From the NCBI GenBank assembly GCA_049999805.1, contig JBNGIO010005382.1:44296-88726 (forward strand): a DNA stretch of 44,431 bases, written 5' to 3'. Source of the stretch: Folioceros fuciformis. Its lineage: Eukaryota. The position numbers were made by a program, and so were the translations under genes. Position 1 is the stretch's first letter, and every line of letters begins with the position of its first letter. The notes under the pieces are model-generated. The model saw only the letters and a program-made list of their open reading frames with translations, did not search any database and was not told the origin of the DNA. Shown here piece after piece: positions 1-11,556 of the stretch.

Positions 1-633
1 TTGAGGAAGTATCTGCTGCTGCTCGCCAGGAAGGAGAAGGGTGTTGATGACGTGAAGCTGCCCAAGAGGATGAGAGTTCGGGCTTTGGGCTTGGTGAATA
101 CTAGGAAAAGTCCTGGGTTGCAGGAGATGGCGGAGATGATGAAGGGGTCTGATTCCAAGGCCCGGTGGGGGAACCATCTGGGCTACCTGCTCATTCCTCT
201 TCCCATGGACGACTATGCCACTGCTCTGGACTATGCGCGGGCTGCCAAGCTAGTTGGGGACCGGAAGAAGACTTCGTTAGAAGCGCCCTTCACCTATGCC
301 AGTGGGTCTCTGCTCATCAAGGTCGCGGGGCCCGAGGCTGCTGCGAAGTTCACTTACAGGTCGTGCACACAGACTTCCCTCTCCATCTCCAATATGATGG
401 GGCCATCTGAGCTGATGATGTTCGGGGACAATCCGGTCACTGCCATTGTCCCTACAGTTACTGGCCACCCTCACGCCCTGTGTTTCCATCTGCAAAGTTA
501 CGCTGGCCAGGTGAGGCTTGTGGTGACAGTAGTGGAGTCCGTCATTCCTGACCCAGAGACCTTGTTGCAGTGTTGTGTCGAAGCGCTGCACGCGATGAAG
601 AAAGAGACCTTGACTCCTCCTTCCAACCACTAG
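1..633 (+). CDS. WSD1: WSD1-like wax ester synthase/diacylglycerol acyltransferase, C-terminal part (5' end outside window)
   Basis: Open frame with WS/DGAT C-terminal motifs (RWGNHLGYLLIP, RKKTSLEAPFTY, SISNMMGPSE, HLQSYAG, IPDPETL); stop TAG at 631-633; no intron in this part. Confidence 0.85.
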   Translation: MRKYLLLLARKEKGVDDVKLPKRMRVRALGLVNTRKSPGLQEMAEMMKGSDSKARWGNHLGYLLIPLPMDDYATALDYARAAKLVGDRKKTSLEAPFTYASGSLLIKVAGPEAAAKFTYRSCTQTSLSISNMMGPSELMMFGDNPVTAIVPTVTGHPHALCFHLQSYAGQVRLVVTVVESVIPDPETLLQCCVEALHAMKKETLTPPSNH

Positions 634-1057
634 GAGGTCTGCTTGCTCCTTCACGTTTTTCCTTTGAGAGTGAAGGGACGTATTCTATCACGACCCGGGT
701 TATCGGGCGATGAGATCATAACAAATTCAATACAGTATGACCACAATACGACAGCCCAGTGTGCCTATTTCTTGCACATGCTAAAGCTATAACGGCTTCC
801 GTAGTGCACATTCGTCGTGGCATCCCAGGGTCCATCGCCCTGCCGTAGCCTCGCCAATATAGCTCCACTTCTACATGCTTATTTCCTATGCATCCTTGTA
901 CTGGACATGTAGGTTAGAGACAGTAAGGATGCTCTGAAGAGTTTCCTTGGGTCCGCGAGGATTGAGACGTAGACTCAGGTTGCAAAGCGTGTCGTGCTGG
1001 GCGGTGCGAGCTGACAAGATACATACACATTTGCAGCTGGCGCGCGTACTCTGCAAT

Positions 1058-3342
1058 TCATCTGTCCGCGTCGTAGAACTCTATAGCTTTGTACTTCTGA
1101 GAAATTATCTCTGCCTGCACCTTCCTCGCCGTATCGGTGGCACAGCCAACCAGGATCAGAATAGAAGTTCCTGCAAAGCCTCGGAAGGCTGTCAAGTGTG
1201 TCACGCCTTCCACGGCTGCTGGGGCTGCAGCCATGACGCCCAAAAATGCTGACCCAAGCACTGATATCCGGGCTAGTACCTGCACGGGAGGGGAGGAAGC
1301 GAGAAAGAGCCGTTACATGAGTGAGCAACTCTGCCAAAATGGAAAGGCTAAGGCTCAGACAGTGATGACGGCATCTTCCTTACGTTTGTGATGTATGTGG
1401 CAGTGGCCTTGCCAGGACGGACGGAGGGGATGGAAGCCCCTTGTCGTTTCAGCTGGTCGCTCACATCATTGGGATCCAGCTGCAGAAAAGTGTAGAAGTA
1501 GTTGAAGAAAGCGATGAGCAGCACATTCGTAGGGATGTAGAAAGGACCTGCAAATTGACAGGGTGTGTGAACCACCGAGATATGAAGCTCTGCCGCAGCG
1601 TAAGTAGAAAAGTTTGACCCGTCCCACCAGGCTGTAATGCAAGATCGACGTACCGCCAGGATATAATGCGATAGCAACGTCTTTCAGAGCTGCCACACCC
1701 GTGAATCTTGCCACAGAGCCAGGTATTGAGAGCAGCGACGTTGAGAAGATAATAGGCATAACTCCGGAGCTGTTCACCTACGCGAGCAGCCCACCAACTA
1801 CCGCTTAGCGCTCCTTCCTTTCTCTCAAACTTGATACTGACCACGTATGGGTACAAACCTTGAAGGGAAGGTAAGCTGATTTGCGGAGTCCTCCACGAAA
1901 GCTGTATCTCTGGGCATAGTTCAGAGGGATCTTTCTTTCCGCTTCCTGTCTAGTCAGAAACCAGTCTCTCATCAATTTTGCAGTACAAGAGACTACAACA
2001 CCGTCTTCAGCAAGAAAGCAAAAATGTTGCGTACCTGAACGTAGACAATGCCCAAAACGAGCAGGAAAAATGATGCTGCAATACCAGCCAGCCCAGCATA
2101 GTTGTTCTCGTCAAAGGCTTGAACAACAGTCCTTCCGATGGACGCAGGTAGGTAGGAGACAATGTTGGTGAAAATGAGGAGGGACGTCCCATTCCCAAGC
2201 TTCAGTTCCGAGATGATCTCAGCAATCCAGACGGTGGCCATTGCGCCCAGAGTCAATAAGGAGACGGAACTAAATGCCCACTGAGGGCTGAAGTCTATCA
2301 CATACGGCTTGATGTAGGATATCTGTCCAATGGCCTGCAACGGAACAAAACACATCCTTCAAAGTCTCCATGACACATCCTTTTGCACCTGGAGAAGGTC
2401 ATGCACAAGGACGACGTTACCTGAATAACGGCGAATCCAGCTGCAGCGTACTGTGTCCATTTTTTAACCTTGTTCCTCCCAGCCTCTCCTTCCTTTCTTT
2501 GAAGTTCCTGAAGTTTAGGATAAAGAGTCCCTAGCAGCTGGAACACGATCTGTGCATTGATGTATGGCACTATACCCAGAGATGAAATTCCAAGCCGTCC
2601 AATTCCACCTCCAGAGAAGGAATCCAGAGTGCCTAGCAAGCTGCTCTGATCAATGCTTCCAGCGAACGCGGCCCTATCCACCCCAAACAATGGTATGTAT
2701 GTCCCGACCCGAGACAACACTAGTAATCCCAAAAGTTGCAAGAATTTCCCAGGCAGCTGACCCTTGAAAAAGTCTCCTACTTCAATGGAACTGTCCTCAA
2801 TAGCGGCTGTGTCACAATAGAACGGATGTCAGTCATTCCCATCCTTCCAAAACAACAACAGGGACGCCATTAGTGACAAAAATGACACATCTCCACGCAC
2901 CTGCAGCGCCTTTTGTCGACGGCTTGCCTCCTACGGCTTTCATCACCATCTCCACGACAGCTTCCCATTCACTCCGAAAACGTGAAGGAGAACATTCCCC
3001 TATCTCAAGAGGATCAAATTGCCAGTTCCCATTCTCCTGTTTAATCCTGTCAAGAACATCCTTCCACCCATCACATTCATACCCGCGCCTGGACACCTAT
3101 ACGAGAATTACATGAACGCTCTGAGCAAGACTTCGGTACCTGTCTGTCCCAGACTTGAATGAAGGCAGAGATGAGGGGAACCTAAACGCGGAATCGCCCA
3201 GCGACCATGACCTTCTGCTTGTATCTGCAGCAAGTGCTGCTCTGCAGCCTTGCACTCCGACCCTCCTTCCTCCAGTCCGCGGCCCCAGCCTGACTCTCAA
3301 TCCCCACAGACCACACCCAGAGCAAGTCTGCACCAGCGCCAT
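1058..3342 (-). CDS. SCY1: Plastid thylakoid preprotein translocase SecY (SCY1/cpSecY), ~543 aa, 8 exons
   Basis: Exons 3342-3140, 3046-2901, 2806-2421, 2334-2035, 1945-1859, 1777-1654, 1547-1384, 1279-1058, all GT-AG and in phase. Motifs: FDPL..AAIEDSS, SLGIVPYINAQIVFQLL, LGNGTSLLIF, VNSSGVMPIIFS, GTSILILVGCATDTARKVQAE. The N-terminus resembles a transit peptide. Confidence 0.95.
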
Positions 3343-3805
3343 CGCTGGCAGTCACCAAGGAGGGGAGATATCCCACACTGTCCAGAGTGTCTCTGTACCG
3401 ATGGGTTCAGGTCCAGGTTCCCATCATGACGAAGAAGAACAGAAAACAGGTTCACACACTTTTCGAGTGAAGCAGATGTAGAGCACCCGCTAAGTCATCC
3501 AGCTCACCCGGATTGCTCATGGATTGGCATTTCTTTCACTTTCGCTCGCCTTCTGACGGTGAAGTTTAAACCCTATACCGGGTCTGAAGAAGCCCGCTTT
3601 AAAACTACAACGGTAGCATTCGTCTTGGCTCCAGGAGCGGACAGCGTACAGTCCGCGCCGGACCGAGCGATTGGTAGCCATCTGCTTGCGCCTTGTGGGG
3701 GCGAAGAATGCTGTACAGCGCGGTGTAAAGGTCTGGGTTGTGGTTTGTATGCAGAAATTCTAAGAGATCGGGGTGTGAAGGGACAAAATAGTCCGAGCAG
3801 TGGGG

Positions 3806-4693
3806 ATGGAGGAGGGGAAGCTGGCGGATGCGGAGAAGAAGGTGAAGAAGGCCAACAAGCTGACCAGATACAGTGTGACGAGGTGGAGTGTGGACTGGCT
3901 GACAGCCACGCAGCTCTATGAGCAGGCAGCTGTGCAATTCAAGCTCGGGAAACAGTACGAGAAGGCCAAGGAGTGCTTCGAGAGGGCGTCCATGGGGCAG
4001 GAGAGGCTGCAATCGGAGTGGAATTCCGCCAAACACTTGGAGTCGGCCGGGGCCATGGCAAAGGAGCTCGGATTGTGGGTGGAGGTGGCGGATCTGTATA
4101 GGCGAGCCAGCGTGCTCTACAGCAACTGCGGGAAACCCCAGCCTGCGGCGGATGCTTTGAGACGGGGAGCTGCGGCTCTGGAAGATGGGGTTCCGGAGGA
4201 GGGCGTGAGAATGTATCTGGATTCTTGTGCTATTCTGGAGGAAGAAGGGAAGCACCAGCTTGCTTTCGATGTATACCGGGCAGCCACGGCGCTGTACTTG
4301 AAGCTGGAGAGGTATCAGGATGCGGCAGCCATGCTGCTGCGCTGGGGGCTTGCCGCTGATCAGTGCAAGGCCGTTTACTCGCAATGCAAGGCTTATCTCA
4401 GCGCCTTCCTTGTCTACCTCTACGTCCACGATGAGAAGCAGGCGGAGCAGTGTCTCAACGATTGCTCCCAGATTGACGCCTTCTTCAACAGCGAGTACAA
4501 TAGATGCGCTGAGCAGCTTCTTCAAGCCTACAGGGATGGTTCTGTGGAGGACATTAAGCGGGTAGCCAAAGGAGGCACTGTCAAGCAGTTAGACCATCTC
4601 ATTGTTAAGCTTGCCCAGGACCTTCCAACCGGGAATGTGGCGTCCCAGGCTTCGCTCGAGGATGACGGATTGGAGGATGATGAACTTCTATGA
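3806..4693 (+). CDS. GSNAP: Gamma-soluble NSF attachment protein (gamma-SNAP), 295 aa, single exon
   Basis: KLTRYSVTRWSVDWLTATQLYEQAA, SAKHLESAGAMAKEL, SQCKAYLS, CLNDCSQID and the acidic tail EDDELL match plant gamma-SNAP. Confidence 0.92.
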   Translation: MEEGKLADAEKKVKKANKLTRYSVTRWSVDWLTATQLYEQAAVQFKLGKQYEKAKECFERASMGQERLQSEWNSAKHLESAGAMAKELGLWVEVADLYRRASVLYSNCGKPQPAADALRRGAAALEDGVPEEGVRMYLDSCAILEEEGKHQLAFDVYRAATALYLKLERYQDAAAMLLRWGLAADQCKAVYSQCKAYLSAFLVYLYVHDEKQAEQCLNDCSQIDAFFNSEYNRCAEQLLQAYRDGSVEDIKRVAKGGTVKQLDHLIVKLAQDLPTGNVASQASLEDDGLEDDELL

Positions 4694-5810
4694 GCCAAGT
4701 TGGTTGTGTAGCTGCAGCTTCCTCTCAGCATTGCAAAAAGATGCTCTTGTGCAGAGAAGATGCGTTACTTCCACTTCCTTGTACCGAAGTCGCGCATCTT
4801 TTTTTTCTTTTTCTTTTGTTCTCTGCAGGTGTTTCTACCGTCACTAGCCTTCAACAGCCACCTGCATCCTCTCTTGTTTTCACTCAGCTTGCCTCTGCTG
4901 GTGATGGCTAGCTTTATGTACATGTCTTCCATGTTGTACATCTGTACTGATCCGGTACTGCTTCTAGGGCCTATGTAGCGAATGAAATCAAGCAGCTGTG
5001 TGGCACAAACACCAGCAGGGCCATCTGTTTCGGGCGCCAATATAGTTTCGGTCCTTAAACAGCTTGCCTCTCCTTGGTTCTTAATGAGGATGCCATTAGC
5101 TACCTGCACGTCTGTACTGTTCCTGGAGTGGAATCGTAGAGTTAGGTCAAGTCCCACAACCAACCGGTCTGGCCGTCTCCAGAAACCACCAAGGCATGGC
5201 CTGCCGGTTACGTCTGCTTGTCTTCTTTTGACGATGTCCTGTGAACTCGAGTGTCGCAGGAAAGGGCTTTGCGTGACAGAGGAAACGGATTCGACACCAA
5301 GCGACACGACGACCGCTCGGAGCCCGGATCCTTGACTGAGTATGTCAGGAACCCACCTGGCAGAACACGAATTCCCAGCCTCTCCTGTCTTTCAGTCGGT
5401 GCCAGCTTCTGTTCTTGAGCCGACAGGGTGATTCAGAATGTTTGGCGCTCCTCCATGTATGTGCGTCATGACGGGCAGGAGCGAGAAGGCTTAAATCTCG
5501 GACACTTGAATGTGAGGGCTTCAAAATTCGGTGCTTGGGGTGGCGGGAGAATCGCCGGCAGTGGGCGCTATCATGTGGACGTCCAGCGCCTGCATTGAGT
5601 GGATAGACGCCATTGACAGGAAATGGTGCAATGGTCCACCAGGAGCAGGAAGATGCTTCTTCAACTCAAACAGCTATGGCTAAGGTGGCCAGACGGGAAA
5701 GAGGATGCGGCCGCAATGTAGGGGTGCGGAAGCAGCGGAGAGGAGGGTTGTCAAGACAAGCCTCCGATTCCTGAAGCCGTAGATGTTGCCAGACAGCCCA
5801 GCGTTCAGGT

Positions 5811-7738
5811 ATGGACGGTAAATGTGCGCTGCACAAGCGATCACAGAGCCTGGGGAAGAGGGAAGAAGTTGCTGCTGATCATGGCGGCGTCCGGACAAGC
5901 CCCCATATGCACCCAACATCACAGCCACCATCCCAGCCACCCTCTCCACCAGCTTCGCGATGCGCCGAGAGAGATCCAAAAGCTACCTCTACAGGTTCTC
6001 ACACGGGCCACACGTGCCGCCAGCAACCGACGCCAGTGCCGCCTGAGATTGCCGAGCATGTCCCTGTTTTCGCCGCATGCCCTCACCGGAACACATCCAT
6101 GCAGCCGATTCAGGTGTTCGGTTGTGCTCCTGTGGGCTCTGGCTTCAAATACATGCTGGGTAATGGAAGGCCTGAGAAAACGTATGGCCAGCTTGCGGAA
6201 GAAGCCAGGGTGACGAGGGAGAGGCTGCGGATCATGCACAATCGTGCCAAGGGAATCCCCAGTCGGACTCAAAAGCGGGCCAAGGTATGTATGCATGCAG
6301 TATGTGTGTGATTTGCTACTGCGCGAAGCGCAAAGCGTGTTGTTGCTTCGCAGTGTCAGTAGGGTTAAGGACGTGTGGGGTTGGGTGACATTGAATGCCG
6401 CAGTTACTGAGAGCATGCAATGTCACCGAAGATAATTCTCTAGAAAGTTTGAAGACGATACTAAGCGGCCCTCATTCTGATCTGGCCAAACAAGCAGAGA
6501 TTATGGCTATGTTCTCAGCCAAGCTTCATTACTATGAAATAGCACTAGACGATGCTCTGAGAAAACTCTCCAACTTCAAACAGCATGACGACGGGCGACA
6601 ACAGGCACTCGAACACTGTGAAGCTCGGCTTAAAGACCTTCAGGACGAGATTCAGAGAAACAACGAGCAGCAGAGACATGTTTCATGTTTGCTGTCCAAC
6701 TGTCTCAAGAGCCATGAATGTGAAAACGAGTTGGAGGACAAGAACCGGGAAATCAAGAGCCTGCAAGACTCTCTTTTCCGGTCATCCATAGAGAAGGACA
6801 AGATAAAGTCCCAGAAAGATCGTGTTGATAAAGTTCTGGAGCAAATGGCTTCTGAGAGCAAACAGGGAGCCTTCATACACCTTGGGGCCATTCCTCCTCT
6901 CTTTGAGTCTGCAGTTGCAAGGGTCAACGCCACGACAGAGATGTTCACCAAGCTGTTCATGATGGCAATGAAGAAGGCGAAGAGGAACTTGGTGACTGAC
7001 GCTCATAATCTCTTACCGGGTGTGTACGTTTCCAAAGCAATGCACATTGCTTACGTCTTCCAGGCCTACATCAGCAACCAGATGTTCGTGGGGTTCGAAG
7101 ATGCAAACTTCTGCCTAGATGATGCGGGACTGGAAGACGATAGGAAACGGCGAGGCGACTGCTTCATGCACTTCAGTAACATGGTCCTGCCACTGGACCC
7201 CAAGGAAGAGGACCCCTTCTCCAAAGGCAAACAGGTTGCGTTCCAGAAGTTTTGTTGCAGCAAGTTCATGGCTGTTGTTCCTCCATGGCTGGAGAGGACT
7301 TTGTTCAAAGACTTGCGAAGCCGTGAAAGGATAGACAAAGGGGAGGAGCCCGAGAATGAACTGTACGAAAAACTGAAGGACATGGCAGCATCCATTTGGC
7401 TGCTCCACCGCCTTGCAACGTCCTTCAAGCCAAGTGGGGCTATTTTCAGGGTCAGGAGGGGAGCCGATGTAAATCCTAACCTCATGGATGTAGTTGTGCC
7501 CAAGGAGGAAGACGTCAACTTTTTTGACAAAGTCGGTTTTATGATCATGCCCGGCTTCGAGGCCAAGGGTACGACAATCAGATCTAGGGTATACTTGGAT
7601 GGCCCCAAGCAAACTCTTGAGCAACTACAGCAGCTGGCTTCGGCAGCTGGTGGAGTCACAGGACCAGCAGCTCCCCAGCCCGCTTCTGCCCCTGTCCCTT
7701 CAGCAAGGAGGGCTGGAAATCTGAGGAAAAGAGCTTAG
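5811..7738 (+). CDS. GIL1/IRK-interacting-like coiled-coil protein, ~602 aa, 2 exons (5811-6284, 6404-7738); start uncertain
   Basis: Long coiled coil followed by a family-type C-terminus (MAASIWLLHRLATSF, IFRVRRG, KVGFMIMPGF...IRSRVYL). Phase-0 intron AAG|gtatgt...ccgcag|TTA. Confidence 0.75.
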
Positions 7739-8333
7739 CCTCATGTTCTTCCAGCCAGCAAGATGGATGTGGATAACAAGCAAAGCTTCCTTCGCCCACA
7801 GGAGGAGAGGAAGTCTATTCTAGTCCACTCGGATGGAGTTCTTTGTACGATGGTACAAGACAAATTGTACCATAGCGAGCATACACTACTCCACAGAGTA
7901 CCAACCACACCCACTCCCTCCTCCTCTAGGCGGACACATAGCTTCCTTAGCTACTGGAATTTTGTGCAGTTGGTGGGTGGTAAATTAGCATACATGTCTC
8001 ATTGATTGCTCGCAAGAGTGTTTTTTTTAATTAAATAAAGGTATCTATGTTAGCTAATGCAATTTTAAAGTAAAAAATACTAATATTTAATGTGGACTAT
8101 AAAATAGAATACTGCTAAGTCACATTAACAAACATCCAGAAAGACGAAGAGAAGGGAGAGAGAAGGAGAGATCCAATTCGTGTGCCCTAACGAATAACAA
8201 AGTACAGTACAGCATGCTGATGAGCTGAAGTGGCCACTACATAAACGGCCTGATTTTGTCAGAGGAGCAGAATATGTACGGCATGTCCCGCTGCCAATTT
8301 ATGTATGTATGATGCAGCTGGAAATGTCTGGAC

Positions 8334-10014
8334 ATGGATGCTCCTCTGCATGAGACGCACGTTAGAGTCGAGCGATTCTTCGAATCCGCCAGATGCGGCA
8401 CCAAAGCGAGCGCAGACACTCCAAGCACCGTGCTCGGCTGTGGCTCTGAGGCAGCGCGCTCTGCGTGTGCTGTGCTGCGCGATGGCTGCATTGCTGGGGG
8501 AAGTAAGCGCACGGTGACAGAGGGGTGGAATTTCTCAGCGTTCTCTCGCTGGCCGCAACCAGGGGCTTTGCATCTCCCCGCTGCTGCTTTCCACCGAGTT
8601 GTTGTTTCGAGTATCGAGGATTTGGCGCTCCGGCGTAAAGCAGGAGGGGGAGGGGCGAATTCGGATGTGCGTGCCCTGATTCGGTGCGGTCGGGGATAGC
8701 TGCACTCCTTTGGAAGCATTTGTGGCGGAGGGCAGCAATGCCCCGTCCGCAGAATTCTGCGTGTAAGGAGAAGTTTGCGAAGGAGCTGCGTGGAGTGAGG
8801 TTGGTGCACAACAGGATAGCTCACGAGGATTGCAGCCACGCTGCGGACGGCAGTTTCCTCGCCGGCTTGGAGAACCCCACTTTCCGTTTCAGGTATGCAG
8901 GGAGACTTGTGAGGTTGAGGGTGTGGGAAATTGGATGGCCTCTCATGCGCCTCTTCTGCGTCTTCACTGCAGAGTGGTGCCGTCTCAGGAGATCTCCTTT
9001 GACAAGTCTGTCCAGCATCCTCTCAAGGCGTTATGGGACCAGCTGCCCGCGTGGTTCAAGCCGATCCATTACGCCTGCGATGGTGCGTGACCGGGTCCCT
9101 GTATCGCATCGCGGTCTTGGTGTCCGTGCGGCTGGTCAGTTGTCTGATTAGTAGCCCGTCTGCTGCATCTTCAGGTGATCGAAATTTGCAGGAAAGGGTT
9201 GCCAATGTTATAACCTCCATTCCCTTCGTTATTCTTGGCCTTCAGATTCCAAGGTCAGCACTGAAATCTTAGTTTTTGCTACCCCAAGCTCTGGCTAGTT
9301 GTTTTCAAGGGGAGACGTGTTTTCATCCGCTCCGCCGCTCTTGGTTTTGGCAGAAAGCACGTGTCGTCCAAATTGTATGGAGCGTCTCTTTGTGGAGTAG
9401 GTATTGCTTCTACATTGTACCATGTATCCAGTGGGGAGGCAAGGAAGGTGTTCAGATATGGGGACTATGCCATGATCGCGGCTTCGACACTGGTAAGCTT
9501 CAGCACTAAGCTTGAGACCACCGGTGATGCGTCCTTCTCTTTGCCTGGATGGTGAGATAGCATGCCTGCCATGTTGAGCAACCTGTCGTGGCATGTTTGC
9601 CAGTGCTTGTCTGGGGCTGTGAGGCAGAAGAACTCCATTACATTGATGGTGGCATCAGTGGCCTTACTGCCCTTCTCCCCTTTCGTTGTCAGCGTGGTGC
9701 ACACGAGCTTGATGGAGGTACTTGCATTTGGTGCTGCACGATGGCAAGTTTTACATGTCTGTGGGTACAATGTTTGAACTGAGAGTTGGTGTTTTAAAGA
9801 ATCGAACTGTCCGTGTGAGCAGGCGACTTTTGCCCAGAGGGCCAAGACTGAGGCTGCGCTGAGAAAATCATACGGCATCCACACATTGTCCTCTGTCATC
9901 GGTGGTGCCCTGTTTATAGCAGACGACTGCTTCCCCAACACCCCTTACATTCACGCAGCGTGGCACCTTGCTGCTGCTCTGGGGGTTGCGACATCGGCAG
10001 CTCTGGTAGGGTAG
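8334..10014 (+). CDS. Conserved plant multi-pass membrane protein with CREST-superfamily-like motifs, 7 exons
   Basis: Exons 8334-8502, 8700-8892, 8973-9082, 9175-9253, 9354-9492, 9604-9717, 9823-10014 splice in frame. Motifs ERVANVITSIPF, GIASTLYH, YGDYAMIA, HAAWHLAAA. Confidence 0.8.
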
Positions 10015-10380
10015 CCAATATGCAGGATATTAAACAGGAATTCCTATTGGTTGGGACTCTCAGATATGTCCAAACCCATTGCTACTGTCAGATATGTCCT
10101 ATTGGTGCGTGTGCCTCCTCCACAAAAGAATCCTGGACTCTTCACTATGAGACGAATGTGCAGTACGCCAAGCCATGAGGCAGAAAGGTGTAAAACATTA
10201 TGGCAGATATCTTACCGCCCAAAATAGGTATTGAAAATATCAAGTCACAAGAATGGGCACACTGTCATAGCAACAGTGAGCAAAGCAACGGGGCGTCCGC
10301 CCTCCGTAACTGCAACGAGGCATTGAAGCTACGCAAATGCCACGCCGCATACAAACTCCGTGTGTAGGAAAAGTCTAGGG

Positions 10381-11197
10381 TCATTTGCACTTGCACGGGT
10401 TGTCCTTGCAGTTGCACACTTTCTGGCCGCTCGCAGCCCAGCCGTTGAAACCGTGTTCCAAGACGAGCACTTTAGGAAGGTGCGAAGCAGTTCCAGCTGC
10501 TTGAGCTCTGTTGATGTGGTCAGCAAAGGACCTAGCACAGGTCGGGCCTCGCACCTAGCGAGCAACGTGTGCCAGAATCATCAGGTTGTGAGTAGGATGA
10601 AAGCTGTCAGAGAAGAAGCATAAAACATTAGGACTGCCATACCCGGCTCTGGGCACAATGGAATATCACGGCATCCTTTCCCTGCACATCATGCAGCAAC
10701 TCTACAACGCGTGCCTCGAAGTTCTCACTGGCATAGTGCAACGAGCCAGCAATATGGCCCCCTGACTTGCGTTCCTCATCCCTGCCAAGCCATGATGTGT
10801 CAGGACATGATGCAAAAAGAGCGAGCACTCATGTGACATGATTCCCAGGCCCGTCACACATCTGTGTGACAATATGCGCAAATGAAGCACAATTCGCAGG
10901 CAACTACATCCTCAACGGCCAGCGTTGTGCAGTGCGGTGGTTCCATCCAGTGTAGAGAAAAGCTGTGAAAGGGGGTTCCAATCGCAAACCACGAACACAC
11001 GCTACAGCAACAGGGCAGGAGCAATTGCGCTTGAACATGGGGACAACGGCAAAACATTCCCGCAGCGCTTGCAACCGTCATCCGACAATCCCGGAACTCG
11101 GCAGCGTCAAGCCTCACCTCACGTCCACAATGGCGATCTTGTCTCCCTTGGTCTTGGCGAGATCGGCCGCTGTGACGTACTCGACCTTGGAAGCCAT
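10381..11197 (-). CDS. ACR2: Plant CDC25-like/ACR2 arsenate reductase (single rhodanese domain), 130 aa, 3 exons
   Basis: Exons 11197-11118, 10781-10643, 10554-10381. Motifs [23 protein letters not shown]5-R loop [23 protein letters not shown], Cys-rich tail [12 protein letters not shown]. Confidence 0.93.
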
Positions 11198-11556
11198 GAT
11201 CGGGGTACGGAGTGGTAACACTCGGGCTACACCAACGCGGCGCTTTATTCGAAGCGTGGAGTCCCGGGCAAGCGATGGTGCCAGAGAAGGGATCGACCGG
11301 ATGCACTGCATCGCCTTCTGCACCACGTTTCCCGGAGCACCCCGTTACTTGGACTGTTCAAAGTATCTTCTGAAGAGAAGTGGAAGGGTTGCAAACTCCT
11401 GGCACCCAGGAATAGGAAGCTACAGTTTCTCGCCAAGCCTTTCGGATAGAGGTGGGCAAAGTTGGAGGGAAATTATCCAGATTTTGCGAAGTACACTACA
11501 TACAAAAGACTTGGTTTTGGAACCGGGGATGATCATCGGCATGTGGAGGCAGTTTT

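Noticed and set aside
3605-4525. 306-aa antisense ORF (and similar shadows over GIL1-like, RING-WD40 and U-box exons)
   Set aside because: Antisense shadows of GC-rich coding exons.
4982-5810. Extra gene or 5' exons upstream of the GIL1-like gene
   Set aside because: Short ORFs with no motifs and no convincing in-phase splice chain.
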